Positions 41,786 to 53,275 are shown, counted from the first letter of the stretch. The stretch: 64,000 nt of DNA from Hyphomicrobiales bacterium (GCA_965247525.1 OZ252015.1:592110-656109); one strand, 5' to 3'. The notes: a model not told the origin generated them from the sequence alone. Translations and numbers: made by a program.

Positions 41786-43191
41786 CAGGCCGCCTTTTGC
41801 GCCAGTTCATTTGGCAGATTGGTTGCCCATTGCGTGATCGAACCTGCGCCAAGGCAGATGACGAGATCGCCCGGCTCACCGTTTTCGCGAACGAGACGCG
41901 CAAGCTCTTCAGGCTTTGGCAATGCAAGCACATTGCGATGGCCGTGTGCGCGCAGACCTTGTATCAAATCATCCTGCATCGCGCCTTCAATCGGCTGCTC
42001 GCCTGCGGAGTAGGTATCCGCGACGATGACAATATCAGCATCATTAAAACAGGTGCAGAACTGGTTGAACAGTGACAACAAGCGCGTATAGCGATGGGGC
42101 TGCACGACCGCAATCACCTTGCCTTCGGCAACGCTGCGCGCTGCTTTCAGTGCCGCCGCAATCTCAACGGGGTGATGGCCGTAATCGTCGATGATTGTTA
42201 CACCGTTCCAGTCGCCTGTATGCGTGAAACGCCGTTTCACGCCTGAGAAACCGGCAAGGCCTTTGCGAATGTCGTCATCATTAATACCAAGCTGAAGCGC
42301 GACAGACACAGCCGCCGTCGCATTCAGCGCGTTATGATGACCGGGCATTGGAATAGAAAGATTTGAAACAACGCGGGTTAAACCGGTTTTACGGTTGGTG
42401 TAAGCAAGCTCGAAATTTGTGCGGATGCCTTTATGCGTCAGGTTGAATAGACGCACATCGGCCTGCGGGTTTTCGCCATAGGTGACGACACGCCGGTCTT
42501 CGATGCGGCCGACAAGCTGCTGCACAACCGGATGGTCGATGCACATGACGGCAAAGCCATAAAACGGAATGTTTTCGATAAATTGGATGTAAGCCCGTTT
42601 GGCTTCATCAAAATCACCGTAATGGTCGAGATGTTCAGGATCGATATTGGTGACGATGACAACGTCGGCCGGAAGCTTGACGAAAGTGCCGTCGCTTTCA
42701 TCTGCTTCAACCACCATCCATTTGCCAGCGCCAAGGCGCGCATTGGTGCCATAGGCATTCACAATGCCGCCATTGATGAATGTCGGGTCGAACCCGCCTG
42801 CATCCAGCAGCGCCGCAACCAGAGATGTGGTCGTGGTCTTGCCATGGGTGCCGCCAATCGCGACACACGAGCGGAGGCGCATCAATTCGGCGAGCATTTC
42901 AGCGCGGCGCACAACGGGAATATGATTTTGCCGCGCCAGCATGAGTTCTGGATTGTCGCGTTTCACCGCGGATGAGACGACAACCACTTCAGCATCGCCA
43001 AGATTGTCTTGGTTGTGCCCGATATGGATGACAGCGCCTTTTTCAGCGAGGCGCTTGGCATTGGCGTTTTCCGCGATATCCGAGCCTTGGACTTTATAAC
43101 CAAGATTGATCAGGACTTCGGCAATGCCGGACATGCCGATGCCGCCAATACCGATAAAATGGATGATGCCGACATTCTGTGGGATTTTCAT
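41785..43191 (-). CDS. murC: UDP-N-acetylmuramate--L-alanine ligase
   Basis: [28 protein letters not shown], Mur ligase middle and C domains. Confidence 0.95.
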   Translation of the reverse strand: MKIPQNVGIIHFIGIGGIGMSGIAEVLINLGYKVQGSDIAENANAKRLAEKGAVIHIGHNQDNLGDAEVVVVSSAVKRDNPELMLARQNHIPVVRRAEMLAELMRLRSCVAIGGTHGKTTTTSLVAALLDAGGFDPTFINGGIVNAYGTNARLGAGKWMVVEADESDGTFVKLPADVVIVTNIDPEHLDHYGDFDEAKRAYIQFIENIPFYGFAVMCIDHPVVQQLVGRIEDRRVVTYGENPQADVRLFNLTHKGIRTNFELAYTNRKTGLTRVVSNLSIPMPGHHNALNATAAVSVALQLGINDDDIRKGLAGFSGVKRRFTHTGDWNGVTIIDDYGHHPVEIAAALKAARSVAEGKVIAVVQPHRYTRLLSLFNQFCTCFNDADIVIVADTYSAGEQPIEGAMQDDLIQGLRAHGHRNVLALPKPEELARLVRENGEPGDLVICLGAGSITQWATNLPNELAQKAA

Positions 43192-43203
43192 ATGATTTAA
43201 GTC

Positions 43204-44325
43204 CTATTTCGGTGCAGAAACAGTCTTATCGGCTGATTTTGCGGTCTCTTCAACATAATTTGCAAGCAAAATGGCAGCATCGGGTCGGCCAAAACTTTTG
43301 GCGGCACGCGCGCATTTTTCCATAAAAACAGGGTCTTCCAGCGTGTTGAGCAGCAGCGCACCAAGACGCTCGTTGTTCAACTCTTTTTGTTCGGCAAGAA
43401 TGGCCGCGCCGCTTAACGCAAGGCTTTGTGCATTTTTAAGCTGGTCATTGTCGATGGCGTTGGGCAGCGGCACAAGAATGGACGGCCGACCGATGACGGT
43501 CAGCTCATTGACGGTTGACGCCCCCGAGCGGGCGATCACCAGATGGGCGTCCGCCATTCTTTGCGGCATATCGGCGTAAAAGCTTTCAACTTCAAAATGA
43601 CGAAGACTGAGCTGCTCAAATGCCGCGATAAGTTTTTGTCTGTCTTCGGGGCGCGCCTGCTGCGTGACGATAAGCCGTGCGCGCAAGCGGTCTGGCAAAA
43701 TGGACAATGCGCCGGGCAGCACGTCGGCAAAAATACGTGCCCCCTGGCTGCCGCCAAAGATCAGAAGTCGAATATCGCCATCGGCCGCCGGCGCTTCGTA
43801 AGGTTTCTGCGCGGCCTCGATAACGGCTTCGCGCACCGGCATACCGACAACGCGCGATTTGGCCTGCCAAGCGCTTTCAACCAGCGTGGTATTTTCGGTG
43901 GCCAATGCAATGGCGCTGACATTTTTTGCCAAAATACGGTTGGCGCGGCCAAGTACTGCATTGGCTTCATGAATCAATGTCGGCATTTTCAGATGTGTCG
44001 CGGCCTGCAGCGGCGGCAGCGTCGGGTAGCCGCCAAACCCGACAATAATATCTGGCCTGCTTTTACGTAGCAGCCTGCGTGCTTTGACGTAGCCGCGCGC
44101 AAGTTTGTAAAGCGTTCGCGCCAGCGCAACAGGGCTGCGGCCTCTGATCGTGTCAGACGAAATGACGTGAATTTTGCTGGCTTGAAACTTGTACTGGTCG
44201 CAACGCTCGTCCGTTGCAAGCTCGATTGTCCAGCCGCGTTTTTGCAGCTCTAACCCAAGCGCCTGCGCTGGAAACAAATGTCCGCCGGTGCCGCCCGCAG
44301 CGAGCAATATTTTGCGCGCGCTCAA
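43204..44325 (-). CDS. murG: undecaprenyldiphospho-muramoylpentapeptide beta-N-acetylglucosaminyltransferase
   Basis: LAAGGTGGHLFPA, GGSQGA, R.GASTV.E. Confidence 0.95.
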   Translation of the reverse strand: MSARKILLAAGGTGGHLFPAQALGLELQKRGWTIELATDERCDQYKFQASKIHVISSDTIRGRSPVALARTLYKLARGYVKARRLLRKSRPDIIVGFGGYPTLPPLQAATHLKMPTLIHEANAVLGRANRILAKNVSAIALATENTTLVESAWQAKSRVVGMPVREAVIEAAQKPYEAPAADGDIRLLIFGGSQGARIFADVLPGALSILPDRLRARLIVTQQARPEDRQKLIAAFEQLSLRHFEVESFYADMPQRMADAHLVIARSGASTVNELTVIGRPSILVPLPNAIDNDQLKNAQSLALSGAAILAEQKELNNERLGALLLNTLEDPVFMEKCARAAKSFGRPDAAILLANYVEETAKSADKTVSAPK

Positions 44326-45470
44326 CTGTGCTCACCCGGATAAGCGGCAGCGGTTGAAGAGCGCAGCACATGTGTGGAACGACGGCGCGTCAGCGCCAGC
44401 AAAAACCCCATGCCGACAGCTCCCGCAATCATTGATGAGCCGCCATAGGAAATGAACGGCAATGTCATGCCTTTGGCCGGAATAAGATTGAGATTGACGG
44501 CAATGTTGATGAGCGCCTGCAAACCAAAAAGCAGTGTCAGCCCTGCAACGGAAAGCCGCGTAAAATTATCCTCAGAGCGGATGGCAAACCACAGGCCGCG
44601 CAAAACGATGAATGAAAAAACGCCAACAAGCGCAATCAGAAAAATAATACCGAACTCTTCGCCCGCAACAGAAAAAATGAAATCGGTGTGGCTGTCGGGA
44701 AGTGAGCGTTTGACGATCCCCTCACCCGGCCCGACACCAAACCAGCCGCCATGCGAGATTGATGCAACGGCTGTGTTTACCTGTAGATTATCGCCTGTGC
44801 CATGCAGAAAGCGGTCAATGCGGCTTTGCACGTGCGGCAGCATAACATAGGCCGCAGCTAAACCGCCGCCGCCCGCAGCGGACAGCATGAAAATCCAGAA
44901 CCACGGCATGCTGGCGATAAAGAACATGCCCGCCCATATTGAGCTCAGCAAAACAGTCTGTCCGAAATCCGGCTGCAATAGGAAAAGCGCAAGAACGCTG
45001 GCCAGCAAAGCGGCTGCCAGCAAAGTGCCGGGGAAACGCCGCTGGCGCAGGCCCTCCGCCATTAGCCAGCCTGCAACAACCACAAAGGCTGGTTTGATAA
45101 ATTCGGAAGGCTGCAAAGAAAAGGATGCAAAATTCAGCCAGCGCGTCGCGCCTTTGACTTCAACACCGATGAACAAGGTTGCAATCAGCGCCAGAAACAT
45201 TGCGCCAAATAAATAAAGGCTGGCGCGCCGCACCATGCGCGGGCTGAGAAGCGAAACACCGACCATGAGGAATACGGACGGAATAAGAAACATGGCATGG
45301 CGTTCGACATAATAAAAGGCAGGTAGGCTGCGCTTTAAGGCGATCGGCGGGCTGGCCGCCAAGGACAGCACAAAGCCTGCAGCCATCAAGACAAGAACGC
45401 TGAACAGCAGCGGGCGATCGACCGTCCACCACCATTCACTAAATCTGGTTTTGCGTGCGCGGCTTGTCAT
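44322..45470 (-). CDS. ftsW: peptidoglycan glycosyltransferase FtsW (SEDS)
   Basis: About 10 TM helices. RWL....SLQPSEF.K, HTDFIF...GEE.G. Start chosen at the ATG 1 nt after the murD stop (MTSRARKTRFSEWWWTVDRP); the track start is 45491. Confidence 0.9.
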   Translation of the reverse strand: MTSRARKTRFSEWWWTVDRPLLFSVLVLMAAGFVLSLAASPPIALKRSLPAFYYVERHAMFLIPSVFLMVGVSLLSPRMVRRASLYLFGAMFLALIATLFIGVEVKGATRWLNFASFSLQPSEFIKPAFVVVAGWLMAEGLRQRRFPGTLLAAALLASVLALFLLQPDFGQTVLLSSIWAGMFFIASMPWFWIFMLSAAGGGGLAAAYVMLPHVQSRIDRFLHGTGDNLQVNTAVASISHGGWFGVGPGEGIVKRSLPDSHTDFIFSVAGEEFGIIFLIALVGVFSFIVLRGLWFAIRSEDNFTRLSVAGLTLLFGLQALINIAVNLNLIPAKGMTLPFISYGGSSMIAGAVGMGFLLALTRRRSTHVLRSSTAAAYPGEHS

Positions 45471-45471
45471 G

Positions 45472-46869
45472 TCAGGCCTTTTGAAACCCATCTAATTTTT
45501 GTGCGGCAGCAACGAAAGCCTCTCCGCGCGCTTCAAAGTTTTTGAACTGGTCGAAAGACGCGCAAGCGGGCGAGAAAAGAACATTGACTTGCGACCTGCC
45601 AGATTTGAGCGCATCGCGCGCGGCCAGCATCACTGCATTGTCCACTGTCTCAGCCATTGTCACCTCAACCTGTCCTTGAAGCGTCGCCGCAAAGTCTTTG
45701 GCCGCCTCACCTATTAAATAGGCGTGAATGATATTGGGAAAGAAAGTGTTAAGACTTTGTATACCGCCTGATTTTGCCCGGCCGCCTGCAATCCAGAAAA
45801 TATCGTAGAAACTGGCCAAAGCCTTGGCTGCAGCATCCGCATTGGTGGCTTTACTGTCATTTATGAAGGCCACGTTGCCCACAGTGCCGATACGCTGCAT
45901 CCTGTGGGCAAGCCCAGAAAAACTGCGCATGGCGCTGACAATGGCGTCTTGTGGCAATCCAAGCGCCAGCGCGGCCGCAAAAACAGCGGCGGCATTTTGC
46001 GCGTTATGCGTGCCGCGCAAGGCCGGACAGGTGGAAAGGTCAATCAGCACTTTGGCCGTTCCGTCCGGCGCGTGATAGAGCGTTGTGCCGTTCAGCCATA
46101 TGCCGTCCGGCATTTTATGATGGATTGAAACGGCTGTCAGCGGTTTTCCGATTGCGCGCAGATGTTTTGCAATCTTTGCGCAGAAATCATCATCGACACC
46201 GACAATGGCCATTCCGTCATCGCGCACATTTTCAACAAGGCGGGCTTTAACTGCGCCGTAATGCGCCATGTCACCATGTCGGTCGAGATGGTCTTCGCTT
46301 AGATTGAGCAAAATGGCGATGTCCGCATCAAGCGATGGCGCAAGATCGATCTGGTAGCTTGAACATTCAAGCACGGTGATCTGGTTGTCACCAAGCTCAA
46401 GATCTAGCGCGGCCCTACCAATATTACCGCCCATCATCACAGGCTTTTTCTGCGCCGTGCTTAAAACATGCGCACAAAGCGCGGTCGTGGTCGATTTGCC
46501 ATTGGTGCCAGTGATCGCGACCAGCTTTGAATGCGGCGAGGTAAACCGCCGCTCGCGGCAAAACAGTTCAATGTCGCCGATGACTTCAATTCCGGCGGAT
46601 GTAGCAAGCTGCGCCGACCAATGCGGCAGCGGATGCGTCAACGGCACGCCGGGGCTAAGAACAAGCCCGTCAAAATTTTTAAAATCATAATTGCGCAGAT
46701 CATCGACGGTAAGGCCCACGGCTTTTGCGGCGTCACGGCCGCTGTCATTGTCATCATAAGCGATGACTTTGGCGCCGCCTGCAACCAGCGCTTTTGCCGT
46801 TGCCAGCCCCGAACCGCCAAGCCCGAACAGCGCGTATTTTTTATGCTCCGCGTGGTGAAGTGGGATCAT
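45472..46869 (-). CDS. murD: UDP-N-acetylmuramoylalanine--D-glutamate ligase
   Basis: GLGGSG.A.A.AL, GTNGKSTT. The ATG at 46869 overlaps the mraY stop (TGATG). The track start at 46926 lies inside mraY. Confidence 0.9.
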   Translation of the reverse strand: MIPLHHAEHKKYALFGLGGSGLATAKALVAGGAKVIAYDDNDSGRDAAKAVGLTVDDLRNYDFKNFDGLVLSPGVPLTHPLPHWSAQLATSAGIEVIGDIELFCRERRFTSPHSKLVAITGTNGKSTTTALCAHVLSTAQKKPVMMGGNIGRAALDLELGDNQITVLECSSYQIDLAPSLDADIAILLNLSEDHLDRHGDMAHYGAVKARLVENVRDDGMAIVGVDDDFCAKIAKHLRAIGKPLTAVSIHHKMPDGIWLNGTTLYHAPDGTAKVLIDLSTCPALRGTHNAQNAAAVFAAALALGLPQDAIVSAMRSFSGLAHRMQRIGTVGNVAFINDSKATNADAAAKALASFYDIFWIAGGRAKSGGIQSLNTFFPNIIHAYLIGEAAKDFAATLQGQVEVTMAETVDNAVMLAARDALKSGRSQVNVLFSPACASFDQFKNFEARGEAFVAAAQKLDGFQKA

Positions 46870-47951
46870 CAGCGCAGTTTGAGTGTCGACAGGCCAATAA
46901 GCGCAAGCACAACAGCGATAACCCAAAAGCGCATGACGACCTGCGCCTCCGACCAGCCCAGATGTTCAAAATGGTGATGGATGGGCGCCATTTTAAAAAC
47001 GCGCTTGCCTGTCAATTTAAACGAACCGACCTGCACGATAACAGACACCGCTTCCATGACGAAAATGCCACCGATGATGGCAAGCACAATTTCATGTTTT
47101 GTCGCGACCGCAATCGAACCCAGAAGACCGCCGAGTGCGAGAGAGCCGGTGTCACCCATAAAAATCTGCGCTGGCGGCGCGTTATACCACAAGAAGCCAA
47201 GCCCCGCGCCAATGACAGCGCCGCAGATAACGGACAATTCACCCGTGCCTGCGGTGTAAGTAATCTGCAGATAATTTGCGAAAACAATATTGCCGCAAAG
47301 ATAAGAGATAAGACCAAAGCTGGCGGCCGCAACCATCACTGGCACGATGGCAAGTCCATCAAGACCATCGGTCAGATTGACGGCGTTTCCCGCGCCGACA
47401 ATGACAAAGGCGGCAAAAGCGATGAAGAACCAGCCAAAGTCGATGACCCATTCCTTGATAAACGGGAAGACAAGATGCGTGCTCAGCGGTTCTGGTGTTT
47501 TGTTGACCAGAAGCGCGCAGGCAATTGCGGCAAACAAAAACTCGGCCGCAAGCCGCCATCTGCCGCTGAAACCATTGTGCGATTGCTTGGTGACTTTGAG
47601 ATAGTCATCATAAAAGCCGATCAGGCCAAACCCTATGGTGACCATCAACACAATGACGACAGTCGGGTTAGTAAAATCAGCCCACAGCAATGAAGAAAAA
47701 ATGATGCCTGACAGGATCATCAGCCCGCCCATGGTCGGCGTGCCTGCTTTGCTGAGATGGCTTTTAGGACCGTCTTCCCTAATGGGTTGTCCCTTGCCCT
47801 GCTTTAGGCGCAGGGCGCTGATAATGCTGGGGCCAAACATGAACACAAAAGCCAGCGAGGTAATCGTGGCGGCACCGGTGCGAAACGTAATGTAACGGAA
47901 CAGGTTGAGAATCTGAAAATGACCCTCCCACATGCTGAGCAATTGTAACAT
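46869..47951 (-). CDS. mraY: phospho-N-acetylmuramoyl-pentapeptide transferase
   Basis: K.GTPTMGG, DD......[31 protein letters not shown]. Confidence 0.95.
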   Translation of the reverse strand: MLQLLSMWEGHFQILNLFRYITFRTGAATITSLAFVFMFGPSIISALRLKQGKGQPIREDGPKSHLSKAGTPTMGGLMILSGIIFSSLLWADFTNPTVVIVLMVTIGFGLIGFYDDYLKVTKQSHNGFSGRWRLAAEFLFAAIACALLVNKTPEPLSTHLVFPFIKEWVIDFGWFFIAFAAFVIVGAGNAVNLTDGLDGLAIVPVMVAAASFGLISYLCGNIVFANYLQITYTAGTGELSVICGAVIGAGLGFLWYNAPPAQIFMGDTGSLALGGLLGSIAVATKHEIVLAIIGGIFVMEAVSVIVQVGSFKLTGKRVFKMAPIHHHFEHLGWSEAQVVMRFWVIAVVLALIGLSTLKLR

Positions 47952-47960
47952 TTTTGTCCT

Positions 47961-49373
47961 TTAATGTTCGGCTTGCGAAAAACGCGTGAGAAGTGATTCA
48001 ACAACAGGTCCCATCCTGCTGCCATTCGACCCTTTAATCATAACAACATCGCCTGGCGAAATGCTTTCAATAAGTTTTTGCTCAATGGCGGCAGATTGCA
48101 GGTTGTGCTGGCCACGAAGGCTCAGCGGAAGCGCGTCCCACAGGTTTTTCATAGCTGGGCCTGCCAGAAAAACCGTGTCGATTTTTTTGCCCTGAAGCGC
48201 ATCGGCAAGGCCGCGATGAAGGTCGGGCGAATGCTCGCCCAGTTCAAGCATATCACCCAGAACCGCAATGCGCCGGCCACCGCGCCCTGTCGGCGTTTCG
48301 CCGAGAAGCGCCAATGCAGCGCGCATGGATGTCGGGTTTGCATTGTAACTTTCGTCAATCAAAACAAATTCACCTGTGCCGCAGCTGAGTTTGTAGCGGG
48401 CCCCGCGGCCTTTACCGGCACGCATGCTTGCAAGGGCAAGACCCGCCAGCGCCAAATCGGCACCGAGAATTTTGCAGGCCGCAATAACCGACAAAGAATT
48501 ATGGGCAATATGAATACCGGGCGCGCCAATCCGATACGTCATTTCGGTGCCCATTACAGACACATCAAGATGCGATTCATCTGTATGGAGCACAATCTGC
48601 TTGAGGCACACATCTGCGTTTTTATGCTCGCCAAACAAAATTGTTTTTGCGCCGCATTTTTTGGCCGCCGATACAAGGCGCTCGCTTTGCGCAATGTCGG
48701 CATTGATGATGGCCGCGCCTTGAGGCTCCAGCCCCGTAAAAATTTCCGCTTTTGCATCGGCGATATCGTCGAGGTCTTTAAAAAATTCGAGATGGACGGG
48801 CGCAATTGTCGTCACGATGGCGGCATGCGGTTTTACCAGCGCGACAAGCGGCATAATTTCGCCCGCATGATTCATACCAATTTCAAACACGGCATACGCA
48901 CAGTCGCGCGGCATGCGCGCAAGCGACAATGGAACGCCCCAGTGATTGTTAAACGAGGCAACGGAGGCATGTGTTTTGCCGGACGCCTCAAGCGCCAGAT
49001 GCAGCATTTCTTTTGTGCCCGTCTTGCCAACAGACCCCGTAACAGCGACGATTTTTGCGGCCGATTGAGAGCGGCGCAATTTCGCAATCGCGCGCAGCGC
49101 ATCTTCAACGTCATCGACAACAAGATAGACGCCGTTCGGCAATCCGCTATGCTGGTCTTTGCTCACAAGGCTGACGACAGCGCCTGCTTTCTCGGCCGCT
49201 TCGACAAAGCTGTGGCCGTCAAACCTGTCGCCTTTTAAAGCAACATACATGTCACCGGCTTTGAGCGTGCGTGTGTCGATTGAAAGACCATGCACACAGA
49301 CCGGCGCACCGCCCTGCCATTGGCCGCCTGTCGCGCTGGCAAGTTCGTCGCTGGTGTAAAGCGCATCGGTCAT
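47961..49373 (-). CDS. murF: UDP-N-acetylmuramoyl-tripeptide--D-alanyl-D-alanine ligase
   Basis: DSR.L..GD.F.AL.G...DGH.F, TGS.GKT.TKE, DESYNANP, GDM.ELG. Confidence 0.9.
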   Translation of the reverse strand: MTDALYTSDELASATGGQWQGGAPVCVHGLSIDTRTLKAGDMYVALKGDRFDGHSFVEAAEKAGAVVSLVSKDQHSGLPNGVYLVVDDVEDALRAIAKLRRSQSAAKIVAVTGSVGKTGTKEMLHLALEASGKTHASVASFNNHWGVPLSLARMPRDCAYAVFEIGMNHAGEIMPLVALVKPHAAIVTTIAPVHLEFFKDLDDIADAKAEIFTGLEPQGAAIINADIAQSERLVSAAKKCGAKTILFGEHKNADVCLKQIVLHTDESHLDVSVMGTEMTYRIGAPGIHIAHNSLSVIAACKILGADLALAGLALASMRAGKGRGARYKLSCGTGEFVLIDESYNANPTSMRAALALLGETPTGRGGRRIAVLGDMLELGEHSPDLHRGLADALQGKKIDTVFLAGPAMKNLWDALPLSLRGQHNLQSAAIEQKLIESISPGDVVMIKGSNGSRMGPVVESLLTRFSQAEH

Positions 49374-50821
49374 TGGCTGGCCTCAATCGCAAGTCGTACC
49401 GCTTCATGGTCGGAAAAAGGAAGAAGCTCGGTGCCGACGATCTGTCCTGTCTCATGGCCTTTGCCGGCGACGATCAGAACATCGCCGTTCTGCAATTGTG
49501 CAATCGCAGCCCTGATGGCCTCGCCGCGATCGCCAATTTCAGTTGCACCGGGCGCGGCCTCAAGAATGGCACGGCGGATATCCGCCGGTTTTTCGCTGCG
49601 CGGGTTGTCATCCGTCACGATGACGATATCCGCTTTTTCAGCCGCAATCGTTCCCATCAAAGGCCTTTTGCCCTGATCGCGGTCGCCGCCGCAGCCAAAT
49701 ACAATTAGCAACCGGTTCTGCACATAGGGGCGAATGGAATCGAGGAGTTTTGCCATCGCATCCGGTTTGTGCGCGTAATCGATGTAAATGCCCGCGCCGT
49801 TTTTCTCGGCGACCTTTTCCATGCGGCCCTTCACACCATTCAGAATTTCAAGCGCGGCAAACACGTGTGGCGCGGCGCAACCTGTGGCCAAGGCAAGACC
49901 TGCCGCAACCAGCGCGTTGCTGGTCTGAAAATCGCCGATCAGCGGCAGCACCAGTTCAGCGCGCCCCCAAGGGCCGCCCAATGACAAGTGCTGGCCTTGC
50001 GCAAGCCTTTCGCGCTTGATCAGCTGGAGATGTTCGCCGCCCTCACCCACCGTCCACAAGTTCAGTTTTTTGGCGCGCGCGGCGTCGATGAAATCATCGG
50101 CATAAGGACTATCTGCCGCGACAATGAAGGGCGCGCCCTCCGGCAATAGTTCGTTGATGAATTTCAGCTTGGCCTGAAGATAGCTTTCCATATCAGGGTG
50201 ATAATCGAGATGGTCGCGCGTCAGGTTCGTAAATGCGCCAGCTTTAAACCTGACCCCGTGCAGACGATATTGGTCAAGGCCGTGCGACGAGGCTTCCAAT
50301 GCCAGATGTGTGACATGTGCCTGTGCCAGTTGCGACAGCATCCAATGCAGCGCGATTGGGTCAGGCGTTGTCAACGAGCCTTGTGTTTCGCCCTGCTGGG
50401 TGACAATACCAAGCGTGCCAAGACTTGCCGCCTGAAACCCGCAGTGCGAATAAATCTGGCGCAGAAAACTTGCAACCGATGTTTTGCCGCTTGTACCGGT
50501 AATTCCGACGATCATCTCAGGTTGGTCGGCGTAAAATCGCGCGGCGATCGTTGACAGAGTATGGCGCGGATCTTTGGATAACACCCATGGAATATTTGCA
50601 GGGTGTCCTGCTGGCGCCGGGCTTGCCGCCAAAACCGCGCTCGCGCCGCTAGAAACCGCGTCATGTACAAAAGCCATGCCGTCGCTGCGCGTGCCTTTGA
50701 GGGCAGCAAAAAGCGTCCCCGGCGCGACTTTCCGACTGTCTGCGCTTAACGCATCAATCGAAACTTCGCCTGAGCCTGAAATAACGGCTTCGCCGTTTTC
50801 AACAAGATCCTTCAATAACAT
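49370..50821 (-). CDS. murE: UDP-N-acetylmuramoyl-L-alanyl-D-glutamate--2,6-diaminopimelate ligase
   Basis: DSRKV.PG.LF.AL.G...DG, GITGT.GKTS, DYAH.PDA, the DNPR motif (DDNPRSE), GKGHE. Confidence 0.95.
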   Translation of the reverse strand: MLLKDLVENGEAVISGSGEVSIDALSADSRKVAPGTLFAALKGTRSDGMAFVHDAVSSGASAVLAASPAPAGHPANIPWVLSKDPRHTLSTIAARFYADQPEMIVGITGTSGKTSVASFLRQIYSHCGFQAASLGTLGIVTQQGETQGSLTTPDPIALHWMLSQLAQAHVTHLALEASSHGLDQYRLHGVRFKAGAFTNLTRDHLDYHPDMESYLQAKLKFINELLPEGAPFIVAADSPYADDFIDAARAKKLNLWTVGEGGEHLQLIKRERLAQGQHLSLGGPWGRAELVLPLIGDFQTSNALVAAGLALATGCAAPHVFAALEILNGVKGRMEKVAEKNGAGIYIDYAHKPDAMAKLLDSIRPYVQNRLLIVFGCGGDRDQGKRPLMGTIAAEKADIVIVTDDNPRSEKPADIRRAILEAAPGATEIGDRGEAIRAAIAQLQNGDVLIVAGKGHETGQIVGTELLPFSDHEAVRLAIEASQ

Positions 50822-50862
50822 CGGACATGATTAGTCCTGAGTTGCTGTTATGGGTCAAGCCG

Positions 50863-52611
50863 TTAGCGTGCAAACGAGACCGGTTCTGCACCGGCCAGAC
50901 GGTCAAGGCGCGGCGTGATCGACAGAAGCGGCGCTGCTCTTGCAATGATCCGGCCCGTTGTCGGCGCGGCGTTGAAGCCCGCAACCGCTGTGCCGCCTGT
51001 TTCGGCATTCTTTTTCGGCTCGTCGAGAACGACGAGCAAAACATATTCTGGCTTGTCCATCGGGAAGGCGGCCATAAAATCTGTCATCAGGCGGTCTTTG
51101 TTATAACGGCCGTTGATGACCTTTTCAGCCGTTCCTGTTTTGCCGCCAACATTATAACCCGGGACATCTGCCTTTTTACCCGAGCCAGTGAGCACGTTTT
51201 GGCGGAACACATCGCGCATCTGCTCCGATGTTTCAGCTTTCAAAACGCGTGGCGCAAGCGCGCGTGCCTCTTCGACCGTGCGTTTCTGGAATGTCGGCTG
51301 CACTAGATAGCCGCCATTCATCAATGCCGCTGTTCCGGCGACAGCCTGCAAAGGCGCAACGGCAATACCGTGGCCAAAGGCGATGGTCGCTGTATTAATG
51401 ACGCCCCACGTTTTTGGCAGCTGCGGCGCGGCGCTTTCGGGAAGCTCTGTCGTCAGGCGTTTCAGCATGCCAAGACGTCCGAGAAATTCTTGCTGCTTTT
51501 CAGCGCCCATCGCCATGGCAATACGTGCGCTGGCAATGTTCGAGGAATGGACAAAGGTTTCCATCAAATCAAGGAAGCGGCCCGTGCCGTGAAAGTCATG
51601 AATGGTGTGATTGCCGATATGGAGTGGGAATCGCGCATCAACCTTGTCATTCATTTTGAATTGGCCTGAATCAAGCGCCATCGCCAGCGTAAACGCTTTA
51701 AATGTGGATCCCATTTCATAAGTGCCGGTGGTGATGCGGTTGATGCGGTCTGGTAGCAAAGCCTCCTGCGCATCATTCGGGTTGTAATCTGGCAGCGATG
51801 TCAGCGCGACAATTTCGCCTGTGTTGACGTTGAAGATCAGACCCGAGGCGGCATTCGCCTGATAACGGCTCATCGCATCGGCCAGCTCGTCATGCAGCAC
51901 ATGCTGGACGCGCAGATCAAGCGCAAGCTGAACGGGTTTTTGCTCATCGGTCGCAAAACCTGCGGCTTGCAAAGCAGAAAGGCCGCGTGTCTGGTCGACC
52001 CATTTTTCCAAACCTGCAATGCCCTGGTTATCAACGTTCACATGGCCAAGCACATGCGAAATCATGCGGCCGGCAGGATAGACGCGGCGGTTTTCATCAC
52101 GAAAATCGATGCCTGGCAGGCCAAGCGCGTGCACGCGGCTTTGCTGGTCGGGAGTAATTTCACGCTTCAACCAGACGAAGCCTTTGCCGGATTCAAACTT
52201 TGTACGCAGGTCTTTCGCGCTGAGATCGGGGAAAATATGCGCAAGCTGTTCAGCCGCATCGTCGGCATCGATAATGCGTTTTGGTTCTGCAAACAAGGAT
52301 GGCTGGCGAATATCGGTGGCCAGAATCTGGCCGTTGCGATCAAGCACATCAGGACGCACCGTTGAGGGCATATCATTGGCGTAAGCGCCGCTGCGCTCGC
52401 CTTCAGGATACACGGCCAGAAAAGCAAGGCGCCCGGCGATGATAGTGTAAATCATTACAAAAGTGCTGAATGTAATCAGCAGGCGGGCACGGCCCTGATC
52501 GCGGCGTTTTTTATGAACGCCATCGAGATTAAGCTGGTAAACCTGCTTTTTTTGCTGACGTGGAAGCGGGCCTAAAAGTGACGTGACGGCTACTGACATG
52601 ACTGAACTCAA
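50863..52611 (-). CDS. ftsI: penicillin-binding protein 3-type transpeptidase (FtsI)
   Basis: N-terminal TM helix, PBP dimerisation domain, the transpeptidase motifs STFK and SSN, and GGKTGTA containing the KTG triad. Confidence 0.9.
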   Translation of the reverse strand: MSSVMSVAVTSLLGPLPRQQKKQVYQLNLDGVHKKRRDQGRARLLITFSTFVMIYTIIAGRLAFLAVYPEGERSGAYANDMPSTVRPDVLDRNGQILATDIRQPSLFAEPKRIIDADDAAEQLAHIFPDLSAKDLRTKFESGKGFVWLKREITPDQQSRVHALGLPGIDFRDENRRVYPAGRMISHVLGHVNVDNQGIAGLEKWVDQTRGLSALQAAGFATDEQKPVQLALDLRVQHVLHDELADAMSRYQANAASGLIFNVNTGEIVALTSLPDYNPNDAQEALLPDRINRITTGTYEMGSTFKAFTLAMALDSGQFKMNDKVDARFPLHIGNHTIHDFHGTGRFLDLMETFVHSSNIASARIAMAMGAEKQQEFLGRLGMLKRLTTELPESAAPQLPKTWGVINTATIAFGHGIAVAPLQAVAGTAALMNGGYLVQPTFQKRTVEEARALAPRVLKAETSEQMRDVFRQNVLTGSGKKADVPGYNVGGKTGTAEKVINGRYNKDRLMTDFMAAFPMDKPEYVLLVVLDEPKKNAETGGTAVAGFNAAPTTGRIIARAAPLLSITPRLDRLAGAEPVSFAR

Positions 52612-52638
52612 AACACTGAACTGAAAACGCGAAAAAAC

Positions 52639-53223
52639 TTAGTACAAAGACGGGATCGACAAACCTGAAGGCAGTGGTGGTGCGGCAACTTTCGGCGCAA
52701 TTTTTGCTTTCGAAGGTGCGCGCACAACCGGAATAGACGGAAGATTTGCCTGTTTGACAGACGGGACGCTGACAGGTTTCGCGGCAATGGCGGCGGCCGC
52801 TGGAATGACTTTTTTATCGATCGGGGTTTCAAGCCCAGGCTGCGCGTCTAGCGTCGTGATGAATTTTCCGAGGTCCGGCCCGCGCTCCGGCAATTCATAG
52901 GCAAACGCCATTTGCTGGATACTGGCATTTTTGAATTCGGGCAAATGGCGCGCAGCCAGGGCTTGCAGGCGGGCGGGCTGGTTGACGGCACTCCATTCGG
53001 CACGAAGCGTGGTGATGCTTTGCTGTTCCTGGGCAATCTGCTCTTCAAGGGACGCCGCTTCATGCGCCAGCTTCGACGTGCGATATTTCACGTTATAGAC
53101 AAAGCTGGCAGCGGTAATCACTGCTATGAAAAGGAACATCACAAGATAACGCATGACGTAAATGCAACCCAACTTCACAAAATTCATGGCCGGTAACGAC
53201 CGGTCAACCATGGCTATAATCAA
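52639..53223 (-). CDS. ftsL: FtsL-like cell division protein (start uncertain, long Pro/Ala-rich tail)
   Basis: A single TM helix (YLVMFLFIAVITAASFVY) is followed by a coiled-coil (EAASLEEQIAQEQQSITTLRAEWS..NQP.RLQ), in the ftsL position between rsmH and ftsI. Possible starts at 53223, 53187 and 53154. Confidence 0.6.
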   Translation of the reverse strand: MIIAMVDRSLPAMNFVKLGCIYVMRYLVMFLFIAVITAASFVYNVKYRTSKLAHEAASLEEQIAQEQQSITTLRAEWSAVNQPARLQALAARHLPEFKNASIQQMAFAYELPERGPDLGKFITTLDAQPGLETPIDKKVIPAAAAIAAKPVSVPSVKQANLPSIPVVRAPSKAKIAPKVAAPPLPSGLSIPSLY

Positions 53224-53275
53224 ATCATTTAGATTAAGAAGTGGTGCACAACCTGCAGAATTTGCCCAATTGTCT

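Noticed and set aside
48078-49238. 386-aa ORF antisense to murF. Similar long antisense ORFs lie at 46794-47693 (mraY), 28187-29053 (ligA), 31302-32069 (bamD) and 23594-24160 (uvrD).
   Set aside because: All lie opposite unmistakable housekeeping genes. They have no start context and low-complexity R/C/H/A-rich translations. They are shadow frames.
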